From an uncultured candidate division Zixibacteria bacterium (GTDB lineage: Bacteria; Zixibacteria; MSB-5A5; GN15; FEB-12): 64,000 nt of DNA. The notes beneath the pieces were generated by a model, which was given only the letters and a program-made list of their open reading frames with translations, searched no databases and had not been told where the DNA came from. Both the position numbers and the translations under genes were made by a program. Each line of letters opens with the position of its first letter. Positions within the stretch are counted from its first letter, which is position 1. Location: positions 3,200,001-3,264,000 of the forward strand of contig OY760907.1 in the NCBI GenBank assembly GCA_963664195.1, given 5' to 3'. Below, piece after piece: positions 11,075-20,045 of the stretch.

Positions 11075-11350
11075 ATGAAGCGACGTAAGTGGGATTCAAA
11101 GACGAAAGCCAAGATCGTTCTGGAAGGATTAGCAGGTCGGTCGGTTTCAGAGATTTTCAGTGAGTATCAGCTGGGTCAGACACAGTATTACCGCTGGCGT
11201 GATCAGTTTTTGGCTAAGTCTTATCATGCTTTTGATTCAGACAAAGACGGTTCAGAGATTCAGCGTTTGAAAAGAAAAGCAGCTCGGTATCAGCAGATCA
11301 TCGGTTCCCTGACGGTTGAGTTAAAAAAAACAGAGGACGAGTTAGAATGA
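11075..11350 (+). CDS. IS3-family transposase OrfA (HTH)
   Basis: MKRRKWDSKTKAKIVLEGL...YYRWRDQF; RBS AAGGAG; A8 slippery run at 11323-11330. Confidence 0.85.
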   Translation: MKRRKWDSKTKAKIVLEGLAGRSVSEIFSEYQLGQTQYYRWRDQFLAKSYHAFDSDKDGSEIQRLKRKAARYQQIIGSLTVELKKTEDELE

Positions 11351-12117
11351 GACGGCCATCGCAGTCGGTTATCTTTCGTAACGCACCTCTGGTTGAACGT
11401 ATTCGTTATATCAAGGCTGAGCATCCATTCTGGGGTTACCGTCGTACTTGGGCCTATTTGAAGTATGTTGATGGTTTAGTAGTTAATAAGAAACGAGTAT
11501 ACCGACTGATGAAGGCGCATAACCTGACCGTCCTTCCGAATCATCAGTTGAAAGCGAAGCGATTGTCCCATAGACGGAAACCTCGGCCTGATCGTCCCAA
11601 TCAATGGTGGGGGATCGACATGACCAAAGTGCTGACCGATTCCGGCTGGGTTTATGTCGTGATCGTTCTTGACTGGTACTCCAAGAAAGTTGTCGGACAT
11701 TATTCTGGAACCCAGGCGACTTCCCGTCATTGGCTGGATGCTTTGGAACGCGGCCTGAATCGTCAGTTCCCTGACGGTGTTCGAGGTCACAACTTGCATC
11801 TGATGTCTGACAATGGCTGCCAGCCGACCTCGTTGCGGTTCATGAAAGCTTGTTCTGATTTGAAAGTCGATCAGGCGTTCACCAGTTACAACAACCCGAA
11901 AGGGAATGCTGATACGGAACGGATGATGCGAACATTGAAAGAAGAACTCATGTGGCTACGTGAGTGGCCGAGTTCGACCGAACTGAAGAAGGAACTTGAT
12001 CGCTGGATCGAGTATTACAACGAGAATTACTTGCACTCGGCCTTGGGCTACCGTCCACCGAACTGGGCCGAAGAAACCTATAACATCAGCTGCGGTACTC
12101 TCTTAAAATCAGCTTGA
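11347..12117 (+). CDS. IS3-family transposase OrfB (DDE integrase core)
   Basis: WGYRR, WGIDMT, MSDNG, NADTERMMRTLKEE, HSALGY; lies in the -1 frame relative to orfA. Confidence 0.92.
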   Translation: MRRPSQSVIFRNAPLVERIRYIKAEHPFWGYRRTWAYLKYVDGLVVNKKRVYRLMKAHNLTVLPNHQLKAKRLSHRRKPRPDRPNQWWGIDMTKVLTDSGWVYVVIVLDWYSKKVVGHYSGTQATSRHWLDALERGLNRQFPDGVRGHNLHLMSDNGCQPTSLRFMKACSDLKVDQAFTSYNNPKGNADTERMMRTLKEELMWLREWPSSTELKKELDRWIEYYNENYLHSALGYRPPNWAEETYNISCGTLLKSA

Positions 12118-12418
12118 CTAAACGGGGGCATTACAACCGATTGCCGCCCCGACCCCCAGGCCAAGGCTGCGTGATATAATAAAATAGGCGCCTCCACCAC
12201 CAACTTTCATGTTAGTTGCCATGGATGAGAACGACAGCGTTGTAATCAGAGTGATGGCATTCGCGACGATAACAACGAGGAGCGTCTGAAACAGTCCCAG
12301 GTGACCCACGACCCACCCGAAACGGAGGTACATTATTACACCCAGGATGGTGAGAATAGTGGGCGTGTACACTCCCAGAAATGCGCCGAGATTTCCTCTT
12401 CGTTGTTTTTCCAAGCTT

Positions 12419-13387
12419 CTAGTCCTCAATATCATTCGGTTGCCTGGGCCGTACCGCAGCTGGCTCAACTCTGGCGCCGGGTTTGCCCTCCAGGGGATTG
12501 TAAAAGCGGCGCATTGTGGGATAGGCGAAATCAATATCGTCGCAGTCGGCGAAACGTGTCAGGATATCCTCCCATACTTCCTGCTCGCTTCCACGTCGTT
12601 CGCGCGGTTTGCACAGATATCTGATGGTGAGCATCACACCGCAATCCTTTACGGAAGTATAGACCGTGGGGGTCAGAGTAGTATAGAAGACCATCATTTG
12701 TGCTGATGCCTCTTTGAGTCGTTGCGCTGCCCGTTCGGTCAGGTGCTCTGCATGTTGCTTGCCGATTTCATTCAGTATCTCCTTGGCTTTCCTCCAGTTG
12801 CTCTCGAACGTTAACAGGACAGGAATCTCGTTCCAGATGTATTTGAATCCCTTGCTGTAATTGGCCAGAACTTCGTTGAAGACCCTTCCGTTGGGAATCC
12901 TGATTATTCGACCGGTAGATTGGTCCGCGTCCACCCAGTTGCCGATCTCCATAAGAGTGAATTGGAAAATCCTCAGGTCGATTACATCCCCGCGGTAACT
13001 TCCGATCTCGATTCGGTCCCCGACCGTAAAAGGCCTGCGCCACAATATGAACGCCCAGGCCGCCAGGTTGACGAGGGGGTCTCTAAGAGCAATCGCAATA
13101 CCGGCAGAGACCAGCCCCAAATAAGTTGCCAGAGACTCAAAACCGGCAAACCACACTCGGACAAGCAGGAGAAACCCGAACGTTGCGGCCACATAGGTGA
13201 TGCTCTTGCGCCAGTTATACCGGGTTCGGACATCATCCGTTTTGCCATAGACGATTCTTAGTGCCAGGAACCTCAAGACACCAAAGCCAATGATTACCAC
13301 TAGCGACGCAACGATCTTGTTAGTGGTTCCCGGATCCAAAGCTATTAGCTCAGAAAACTGTTCCAGCAAGCGGTCCATCTGATACAC
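12419..13387 (-). CDS. MscS-family mechanosensitive channel
   Basis: GLVSAGIAIALRD, RPFTVGDRIEIG, GDVIDL, RIPNG. Confidence 0.9.
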   Translation of the reverse strand: MYQMDRLLEQFSELIALDPGTTNKIVASLVVIIGFGVLRFLALRIVYGKTDDVRTRYNWRKSITYVAATFGFLLLVRVWFAGFESLATYLGLVSAGIAIALRDPLVNLAAWAFILWRRPFTVGDRIEIGSYRGDVIDLRIFQFTLMEIGNWVDADQSTGRIIRIPNGRVFNEVLANYSKGFKYIWNEIPVLLTFESNWRKAKEILNEIGKQHAEHLTERAAQRLKEASAQMMVFYTTLTPTVYTSVKDCGVMLTIRYLCKPRERRGSEQEVWEDILTRFADCDDIDFAYPTMRRFYNPLEGKPGARVEPAAVRPRQPNDIED

Positions 13388-14554
13388 CTCGGATAGTCAT
13401 GGTTGCTTCTTGTCCATAACGTTACAACGCACGTGTATAATACAGTTATTGTGGAAAGGTGTGAAGTGTTTACCGTCCGGCACGCGATATATAGTGACAG
13501 ATTATCCCGGCTTCAATTAGCTGCTAGACTATCTCTTTGAAGGGATAAACAGCAGGCATACCGGGCGTCTGTGCAATCAGACACCTTTGGCGGGAAAGCA
13601 CATGACTCAATGGTTTGTCAGGCCAGTCGATCCCATTACCTGTATTGGGAAAAGCAATTTGAAGAAGAGCAAGACGCGACAATCTGCCGTGGGTCAGTTT
13701 TTGACTGTTCTTTCAGATGCTGGCGCGGAGATGGGAAAAGAGAGAGGAGACACAGGGAGACTTCTCACCATCTTCAATCTCAAGCTTGAGTCTACGAAGA
13801 AGATCGAGAGCGCAGATTTCGTAGTTGGAGTAGGCGCGGCCGGGACAACCGATGGCCCGCTCACCGTAGTCAAGACGGCAGACCCCAACGTCACGCATCC
13901 GCTGCGACAGATGGATGTACTATCCAAGCGGAAACCGTCGGCGGGTCAAAGCTGACATCATACGTTCTTCAAGCGTTAGTCTGGAAACACGGCGTCAAGG
14001 CCAAGATGAATTGCTGCTGGCAGGCAAGCGAGGGCGTGTTAGCGCGATATTCAAATGACTTCGTGTTTGGTTGCAGCAGCTTTCGAGCAAGAGCGTAGCT
14101 AGCGCGATTTCGGAATACAAAAAGCACAGGAGGAGTAAGAAAAAGAAGCAGTCGGTGAAGTAGGAAGGCTCTACGGCTCTTGCCACCTACGGCGATTGCC
14201 GCCATGTCCCAACACCCTGCACTGAACGGGCGGCAGCACATCCGCCGCTCATTCAACCATCTATCCCAATCAGTAGGAGGATCAAATGTCACAGAATCTG
14301 TACGATGCACATCGTCAATAGGCCGTTCGCCCACCGGATGAGCGTCTTTCGAGCCTCGCCCGGCCCCGACCGGCAAACCAGCTTCTTGCGGCTGCACGCC
14401 ATAAATCAGCATAACAATCTGGCCCCCACTGTTATACCGGCCGTGATTGGACGTAGGCCATTCGAAAGGCTGAGACACCAGATCGAACGGCCCGCCCCTC
14501 CGAGAGGCTTTCTATCTTGCCTAACTCGAACAATATGCCTACCTTTGCCACATT

Positions 14555-14639
14555 GCCGGAGTGGTGGAATTGGTAGACACCAGGGACTTAAAATCCCTTG
14601 AACCATAGGTTCGTGCGGGTTCAAATCCCGCCTCCGGCA
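14555..14639 (+). tRNA. tRNA-Leu(TAA)
   Basis: Acceptor GCCGGAG/CTCCGGC, D-arm TGGTGGAATTGGTAGACAC, anticodon arm AGGGA-CTTAAAA-TCCCT, long variable arm, GGTTCAAATCC; CCA not encoded. Confidence 0.97.
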
Positions 14640-14873
14640 CTTCTTTTGTCATTCTTCTGTCCAGATGCAGCCCAGTGGCTCAACGATGCTTACTCGACGG
14701 GAAGATAGGCGATTATAGGGCCACATTGTCCAGTTACTTACAGCCACTGATGTAGACACACGCTCAATCGCAGGATTTGCCCTTGGTTTCGGGCACAAAT
14801 ACCCTATATTTACTGTATCCTATTGTACAGGTACTGCAACTTACATCGCAAATCACTTACCGATGGGACAGAA

Positions 14874-16211
14874 ATGAAAAAGGGACTCCTTATCTTTCTG
14901 GGACTGGTTACACTGGCAATCAGCGCTCAGGCAAACGGAACAGATAAAGCAGAATACACCGGAACGATTCGGGTCTATGTCGTTGAGCCGTTTTCACGCT
15001 GGCAGGATGCCACGGCCGTGAATTATCACTTTGGGTTCCTCGATTTTGCTCTGGTCGAACCGATCTCTGTTTCCAGCGATGAGACCTGGCATCAGACGGT
15101 CGTTTTCGATGCCAATCTTGCCGGTTACCCTGATATTCAAGAAGACAACATTATGGCCACGGCGGTGGTATTCAACAGCGAGTCTGTCGTTCAGGACGCT
15201 TTCCCGCCAAACGGCAATATGTTCAACGCCTACTATGTCGACGCTGGCGCGGCAGCGTCCCCAGGTAATCCCGGACAAAACGAGGTCTACGGTGACTACA
15301 CCCACACGGTGTTTATCGAAGAAGCCTCGGAAACCGGCTGAAGTTCTTGCTCTGTAGCGCGGTCTGCGCTAGAACAGATTTATGCCTCTGGAAGCTACAA
15401 TTTCCTCTACGCGGCGTTGATTCACAATGTCAACCCGAAAGCCCGTGACCGCATAGAGATCGACCTCAATTACGGCACGACTCCGACGCTTTACTTCGAT
15501 GGCGGGTACGAAATCCTAGCGGGCGCCTCTTCTAATCTGACGCATTACCAGACGAAGATTGAAAAGTCGGGCGAACGTGCCGTTGCGGCACTTGATCTCA
15601 TCACTAGAGTGAACTGGCTCGGCAACGCTCAGATCGAAATCAACGTCGCTCTTGGCAATGAAGTGCCTGCCAACGGAGCACCGCTGTCTCCGGGATCGGT
15701 TTCGGGAGTAGCTCTTGCACGGCCCGGTATCAGCTATGATTTCGGAACGAGTGCTGTTGATCCGGACGCTGACGCGCTTCACTATCAGTTTGAATGGGAA
15801 ACCGATGCCGGGTCTATCGATACGAGTGTCTGGCTCGGACCATACCTCGCCGGAGATCCGGCATCGCAGACACTCTCGTGGGCTACAGAAGGCGACCACG
15901 ACATTCGGAGCCGGGCACGAGACATTTGGGGGGAGATCAGCGACTGGTCAACTCCAAAGACCGTAACTGTCGCGGTCGGTTGCTGCACCGGTTCTTCTGT
16001 TGGAAATGTTGATGGCTCGGTTGACAATCTCGTGACGATGGGGGATCTGTCAGTTTTGATTGACCACCTTTTCATATCTCTTTCTCCGATTCTCTGTGTT
16101 GATGAAGGAAATGTCGATATGAGCACGGATGGTCTCGTGACTATGGGAGATCTGACCATATTGATCGACCACTTGTTTATAAGCCTGACACCACTGCCTG
16201 CATGTCCCTAG
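14874..16211 (+). CDS. Probable secreted selenoprotein 1: signal peptide, Omp28-like/thioredoxin-fold region with UxxC, PKD-like domain, dockerin (445 aa, Sec156)
   Basis: ORFs 14823-15341 and 15417-16211 share a frame, separated only by TGA 15339-15341 in VFIEEASETG-U-SSC; no other stop; SECIS-like hairpin follows; paralogue has TGA at the same position. Confidence 0.85.
15355..15371 (+). promoter_or_regulatory. Putative bacterial SECIS hairpin (gene 1)
   Basis: TAGCGC-GGTCT-GCGCTA; G-led loop starts 20 nt after the TGA. Confidence 0.75.
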
Positions 16212-16215
16212 AGTT

Positions 16216-17565
16216 ATGACGATGCTACATCATACCAAGCAGATTCTGATCGCGCTGGCTGTCCTGGCGGCGGCGAGAATAGGTGTACTTGCCGAAACGC
16301 ACTCGCGAGACGCCTATGATGGGACAGTCCGTGTCTACATTGTCGAACCAACCTCCCGCTATCAGGACGGTCAATTGACGCCGTACGATTTCGGTATGCT
16401 TGACTTTGCGCTCGTACGCGAAGTCGTTGTTCCCGACGCCTCCGTTTGGGATACCACAATTGTCTGGGAAGGTATTCCGGTCGGATTCCATGACGTTCAG
16501 CAGAACAATATCATGGCCATAGTTACCGTGTCCAATGTCGATTCGACTCTCACCGATGCCAACCCGCCGCACGGGTATCACTTCTATGCTCACTATGTTG
16601 ATGCCACCGCTGCCGCATCCGATGGCTCGCCTGGGAGGAACGAGGTCTGGGATGACTTCACGCATTCTGTCTTTGTGGAGGAGGCGAGCGAAAGTGGCTG
16701 AAGTAGCTGCCCGACAGCGCGGTCTGCGCTGAAAGAGATATTTGAATCTGGTGAATACAATTTCTACTACGCAGCCCTGGTTGGAGCTGGAAACTACGCG
16801 GCCAGCCTGCGTCTCGAAAACCAATTGAACGTTGCCGTGTATCCCACCTGCTACGCCGACGGGGGGTACGACATACTTGTGGGAGACCCCTCGGAACTGA
16901 GTTACTACCAGAACCTCATATCCGGAGCAGGGGGCAGGGCAGTGCCGCAACTTGATTTGTTGACAAACCTCACGTGGCTTGAAAGCGCCTCGGTTGAAAT
17001 CAGAGTCAGGCTGGGCAATGGTGCTTCTGCCAACTCTGCTCCGGCACCTCCGGGACAACCAATCGGTGAAGTCGACGTCGATCTTGGCACTCGCCATATC
17101 TACGGCACGGGTACGGTTGATCCTCAAGGAGACAGTCTTTCGTACCAGTTCGTCTGGGGCGATGGTGACACGAGTGTCTGGCGCGGCCCTTATCCAAGCG
17201 GCGACACTACGCTGTTATCGCACAAGTGGAATCAAACTGGAACGTTTGAGTTCCGAACCCGGGCACGCGATTTCTGGGGAGAGTTGTCTGACTGGTCCAA
17301 TCCTTTGACCGTTGTTGTGTCCGAAACCGAAGGATGCTGCACAGGCTCTTCTGTTGGTAATATTGACGGTTCTACTGATAATCTGGTGACTATGGGTGAC
17401 CTCACCGTCCTCATCGACCATCTGTTCATATCGTTGACTCCAGTGGCTTGCGTGGATGAGGCCAACGTCGACGCCAGCTCCGACGGTCTTGTGACCATGG
17501 GTGACCTGACCGTATTGATTGACCACTTGTTTATATCGCTCAATCCGTTACCTGCCTGCCCGTAG
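16216..17565 (+). CDS. Probable secreted selenoprotein 2, paralogue of gene 1 (about 449 aa, Sec162)
   Basis: ORFs 16216-16701 and 16825-17565 are in frame across TGA 16699-16701: VFVEEASESG-U-SSCP; YPTCYADGGY cis-Pro-type loop; PKD-like domain; C-terminal dockerin. Confidence 0.85.
16715..16731 (+). promoter_or_regulatory. Putative bacterial SECIS hairpin (gene 2)
   Basis: CAGCGC-GGTCT-GCGCTG; same offset as in gene 1, with a compensatory T-A to C-G change. Confidence 0.75.
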
Positions 17566-17609
17566 CAGGTGAGTACGCATGTAGCCGCTCACAACGGTTG
17601 ACAAACATA

Positions 17610-17659
17610 AGGGCCTTTGGGTACACTGTACTGACAGTTCACCTGAAGGCCCTTTTCTT
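17610..17659 (+). terminator. Long hairpin plus T-tract after the selenoprotein pair
   Basis: AGGGCCTTTGGGT...ACTGT-ACTG-ACAGT...ACCTGAAGGCCCT then TTTCTT. Confidence 0.6.
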
Positions 17660-17676
17660 ATGGAGTCTGGTCCGCA

Positions 17677-18726
17677 GTGATCAAGGTAGCGTACGATGTC
17701 ACATCATTAGCGCAATCGCCGTTCGGCGGTATTGCGCGGGTCTGCTATCATACTCTTGATCAGGCAGGGAAGCACCCCGACATCAATCCTGTCGCCTACT
17801 ACCGAAGAGGCGAAACGGGGAACATCACTATTCCGGAAGTGAAACTTCTGAAGCCGTCAATGCTCGGCCGTTTCACGTCAGGCGAGTTTGACATCGTTCA
17901 TTCGCTGTGCCATCGTCTGTTGCCGATAAAAGGAACACGCCTCGTGTACACGTTGTATGACGCGTGGTCGCTCTACCCGAATAAGTACCAGGCACCTGAC
18001 TTCCAGAAGAAGATCGGCAAACGGATGCGAGGCGAACTGCGGAAAGTTGACGCTATCGTTTCTATAAGTGATGCAACGCACCAACGGTTTCTCGAACTTG
18101 ATCTCGTCGACAAAACGAAGTGCTCGGTCGTTCATCCCGCTGTTTCGCCGCCACCACAGTGTCCCGATTCACCGGACAACGACCGCCTGACGAGATGGAT
18201 CGAGAAGCCCTTCGTGCTTTTTGTCGGACGTCTCGAATACCGCAAGAATCTCAAGCACGTGGTTGAGGCTGTTAAGTCGCTGTCTCACTTGAATCTCATA
18301 GTTGTCGGAGAACCGGGGTACGGATACGAGGATGACGTTAGACCACATCTAGAGCTCTTTCCGCAGGACCGACTGCTGAACATCAGGCATGTCACGGTCG
18401 GAGACATGGAGCTACTATACAATCGCGCCCTCGCAACTCTGCTGCCCTCGTGGGAGGAGGGCTTCGGTTTGCCGATTCTCGAGGCCATGGCGCGCGGCTG
18501 CCCAGTCATCACTGCCAATTGCTCAGCGTCAGCCGAAGTTGCGGGGGAAGGCGGCATCCTTGTTGATCCGTCAGAGCCGGGGCAGAGCCAGAGCGCACTT
18601 CAGCACCTTCACGACGACCAGTCTTTCCGTGATGCCATGCAAGGGGCTGCGCTGAAACGTGCTGCCCAATTCAGTTGGGAGGGTTATTTCGCCAAACTTG
18701 TTGCGGTGTACGGGGCGTTGTTATAG
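17677..18726 (+). CDS. GT4-family glycosyltransferase
   Basis: FVGRLEYRKN, PSWEEGFGLPILEAMARGCPVI. Confidence 0.92.
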   Translation: MIKVAYDVTSLAQSPFGGIARVCYHTLDQAGKHPDINPVAYYRRGETGNITIPEVKLLKPSMLGRFTSGEFDIVHSLCHRLLPIKGTRLVYTLYDAWSLYPNKYQAPDFQKKIGKRMRGELRKVDAIVSISDATHQRFLELDLVDKTKCSVVHPAVSPPPQCPDSPDNDRLTRWIEKPFVLFVGRLEYRKNLKHVVEAVKSLSHLNLIVVGEPGYGYEDDVRPHLELFPQDRLLNIRHVTVGDMELLYNRALATLLPSWEEGFGLPILEAMARGCPVITANCSASAEVAGEGGILVDPSEPGQSQSALQHLHDDQSFRDAMQGAALKRAAQFSWEGYFAKLVAVYGALL

Positions 18727-18926
18727 CTGACCGAAGGACCTTCAACGAGAATCAGCTTGCGTAATCCACTATTTGTATTATATTGGAACGTTGTGTCGTC
18801 GTTGGCTGTACGATACGTATCGGTCCAACTGACGATGCAAAACCGGCAATCACATAACAAGGGTCACGCCTAGCAAAAACTGCTAAAGACAGCTTAACGA
18901 ACTTGAACGTCCGTTGCGGAGGTTAT

Positions 18927-19862
18927 ATGTCTTTGGCCAGAGCAGACTGTCTTTTCTTCCTACCGATAACCTGTTTGCTCCTTTTTCTGCTACCCTCACC
19001 GGTCTTGTTAGCTGATCCGTCACTCGAACTATCTATTGATGAAGTTTCTGCCCTGGCCGGAGACCAGAGTTTCGGCCTGCCGGTTCACCTGACCAATGTG
19101 ACTGACACCATTGCGGGGATCGAGTTCTGGTTTCAACTTGATCGACCCGGAGCCGCGTTCTTTGTCCCAAAGATAGACACGGTCGGCACTTTGCTTGCCG
19201 GATGGGATTATCTCGATGTCCGGTTGATGGGCGGCTCTGATCTCGGTGTGAAAGTCACCGCGGCGGCTGACCTGACGCCTCCCATCACCAACCGTGGTTT
19301 CGGTCCCCAGTCTGGCGATACTCCTCTGCTGAAACTCCAGGTGTCGATTCCAGAGCAGCCAGATCCGATCACCGAGTTTGCACTCATTCACATAATCACG
19401 GAGGTCGAACAGTTTGGATTCGCCACTCCACAGGGAGGAGCTTTGTGTGTTGAGTGTGAGGAAGAGATTGTAACCACTTTTTTTCGCTGCACGGAATGGC
19501 ATCCCGATCCGGATAGCGGCTGTGTCAACTGGATCGAGGTCACTCAGCCGCCGATAGACTCCGCCCACACGGATACAACATACTCCTGCTGGGTTGACAC
19601 AGCATGTGTCCGTATAGACGGAGGGAGAGTGACAATCATCGATCCGGTCTGCGGCAATATCGACGGCAGCCTCGACGGGCTGGTTACTATGGGCGACCTG
19701 ACGCTTCTCATCGATCATTTGTTTATCAGCCTCGAACCTCTACGATGGCCATCAATCGGCAATGTAGACGGCTCGTCTGACGATCTGGTGACAATGGGTG
19801 ATCTTACGAAGCTAATAGACCATTTGTTTATCAGTTTGGATGACTTGGACTGCGTTGAGTGA
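18927..19862 (+). CDS. Secreted cohesin-like + dockerin protein A
   Basis: Signal peptide ending A|DP; beta-rich domain (V...GD...PVHLTN..DTIAG); Cys/Trp insert; duplicated GNxDGSxDxLVTMGDLTxLIDHLFIS; RBS GGAGG. Confidence 0.75.
   Translation: MSLARADCLFFLPITCLLLFLLPSPVLLADPSLELSIDEVSALAGDQSFGLPVHLTNVTDTIAGIEFWFQLDRPGAAFFVPKIDTVGTLLAGWDYLDVRLMGGSDLGVKVTAAADLTPPITNRGFGPQSGDTPLLKLQVSIPEQPDPITEFALIHIITEVEQFGFATPQGGALCVECEEEIVTTFFRCTEWHPDPDSGCVNWIEVTQPPIDSAHTDTTYSCWVDTACVRIDGGRVTIIDPVCGNIDGSLDGLVTMGDLTLLIDHLFISLEPLRWPSIGNVDGSSDDLVTMGDLTKLIDHLFISLDDLDCVE
19643..19849 (+). repeat. Dockerin-coding DNA repeat, copy 1 (207 bp)
   Basis: Differs from 21772-21978 at only 3 synonymous positions by manual comparison. 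Confidence 0.9.
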
Positions 19863-19900
19863 GTAGAGGAGATACGCGTGTCCGTTTTTGCATTATGCAG

Positions 19901-19929
19901 TTGCTAATGGGTCGCGCACAGCATATATT
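19901..19929 (+). promoter_or_regulatory. Putative sigma70 promoter for cohesin-dockerin gene B
   Basis: TTGCTA-17 nt-TATATT. Confidence 0.5.
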
Positions 19930-20045
19930 AGAAATATCAACATGGACAGTCATCAGACGGTTGACGATGAGTGCGCACGGGCATGTGGTCAACGATGCAA
20001 ATCTGTAGTGTTCGTGTGCCAACGGGTAACTTATGGGATATCTCA

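Larger units (their letters stand above)
11001..12135 (+). mobile_element. IS3-family insertion sequence, 1135 bp, ACCG target-site duplication
   Basis: Imperfect terminal IRs (left TATACTGCCCCCCATTAGT; right end reverse complement TGTAATGCCCCCGTTTAGT); ACCG at 10997-11000 and 12136-12139; orfA/orfB. Confidence 0.93.
9068..12414 (-). pseudogene. SLC12/cation-chloride cotransporter-like APC permease interrupted by an IS3-family element
   Basis: 5' part (GVYTPTILTILGVIMYLRFGWVVG...GGAYFIISRSLG...AAIG) and 3' part (VPLFLSQ...FFPAVTGVMAG..SGDL...NWRPHVLV) join in frame as AAIG|VPLF when 11001-12139 is removed; probable TTG start at 12414. Confidence 0.9.

Noticed and set aside
14823..17565. Reading the four ORF-track pieces as separate genes or nonsense pseudogenes
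   Set aside because: The same-position TGA in both paralogues, the UxxC context, the open homologous frame between pieces, the covarying hairpin and weak TTG starts for the downstream pieces all favour recoding.
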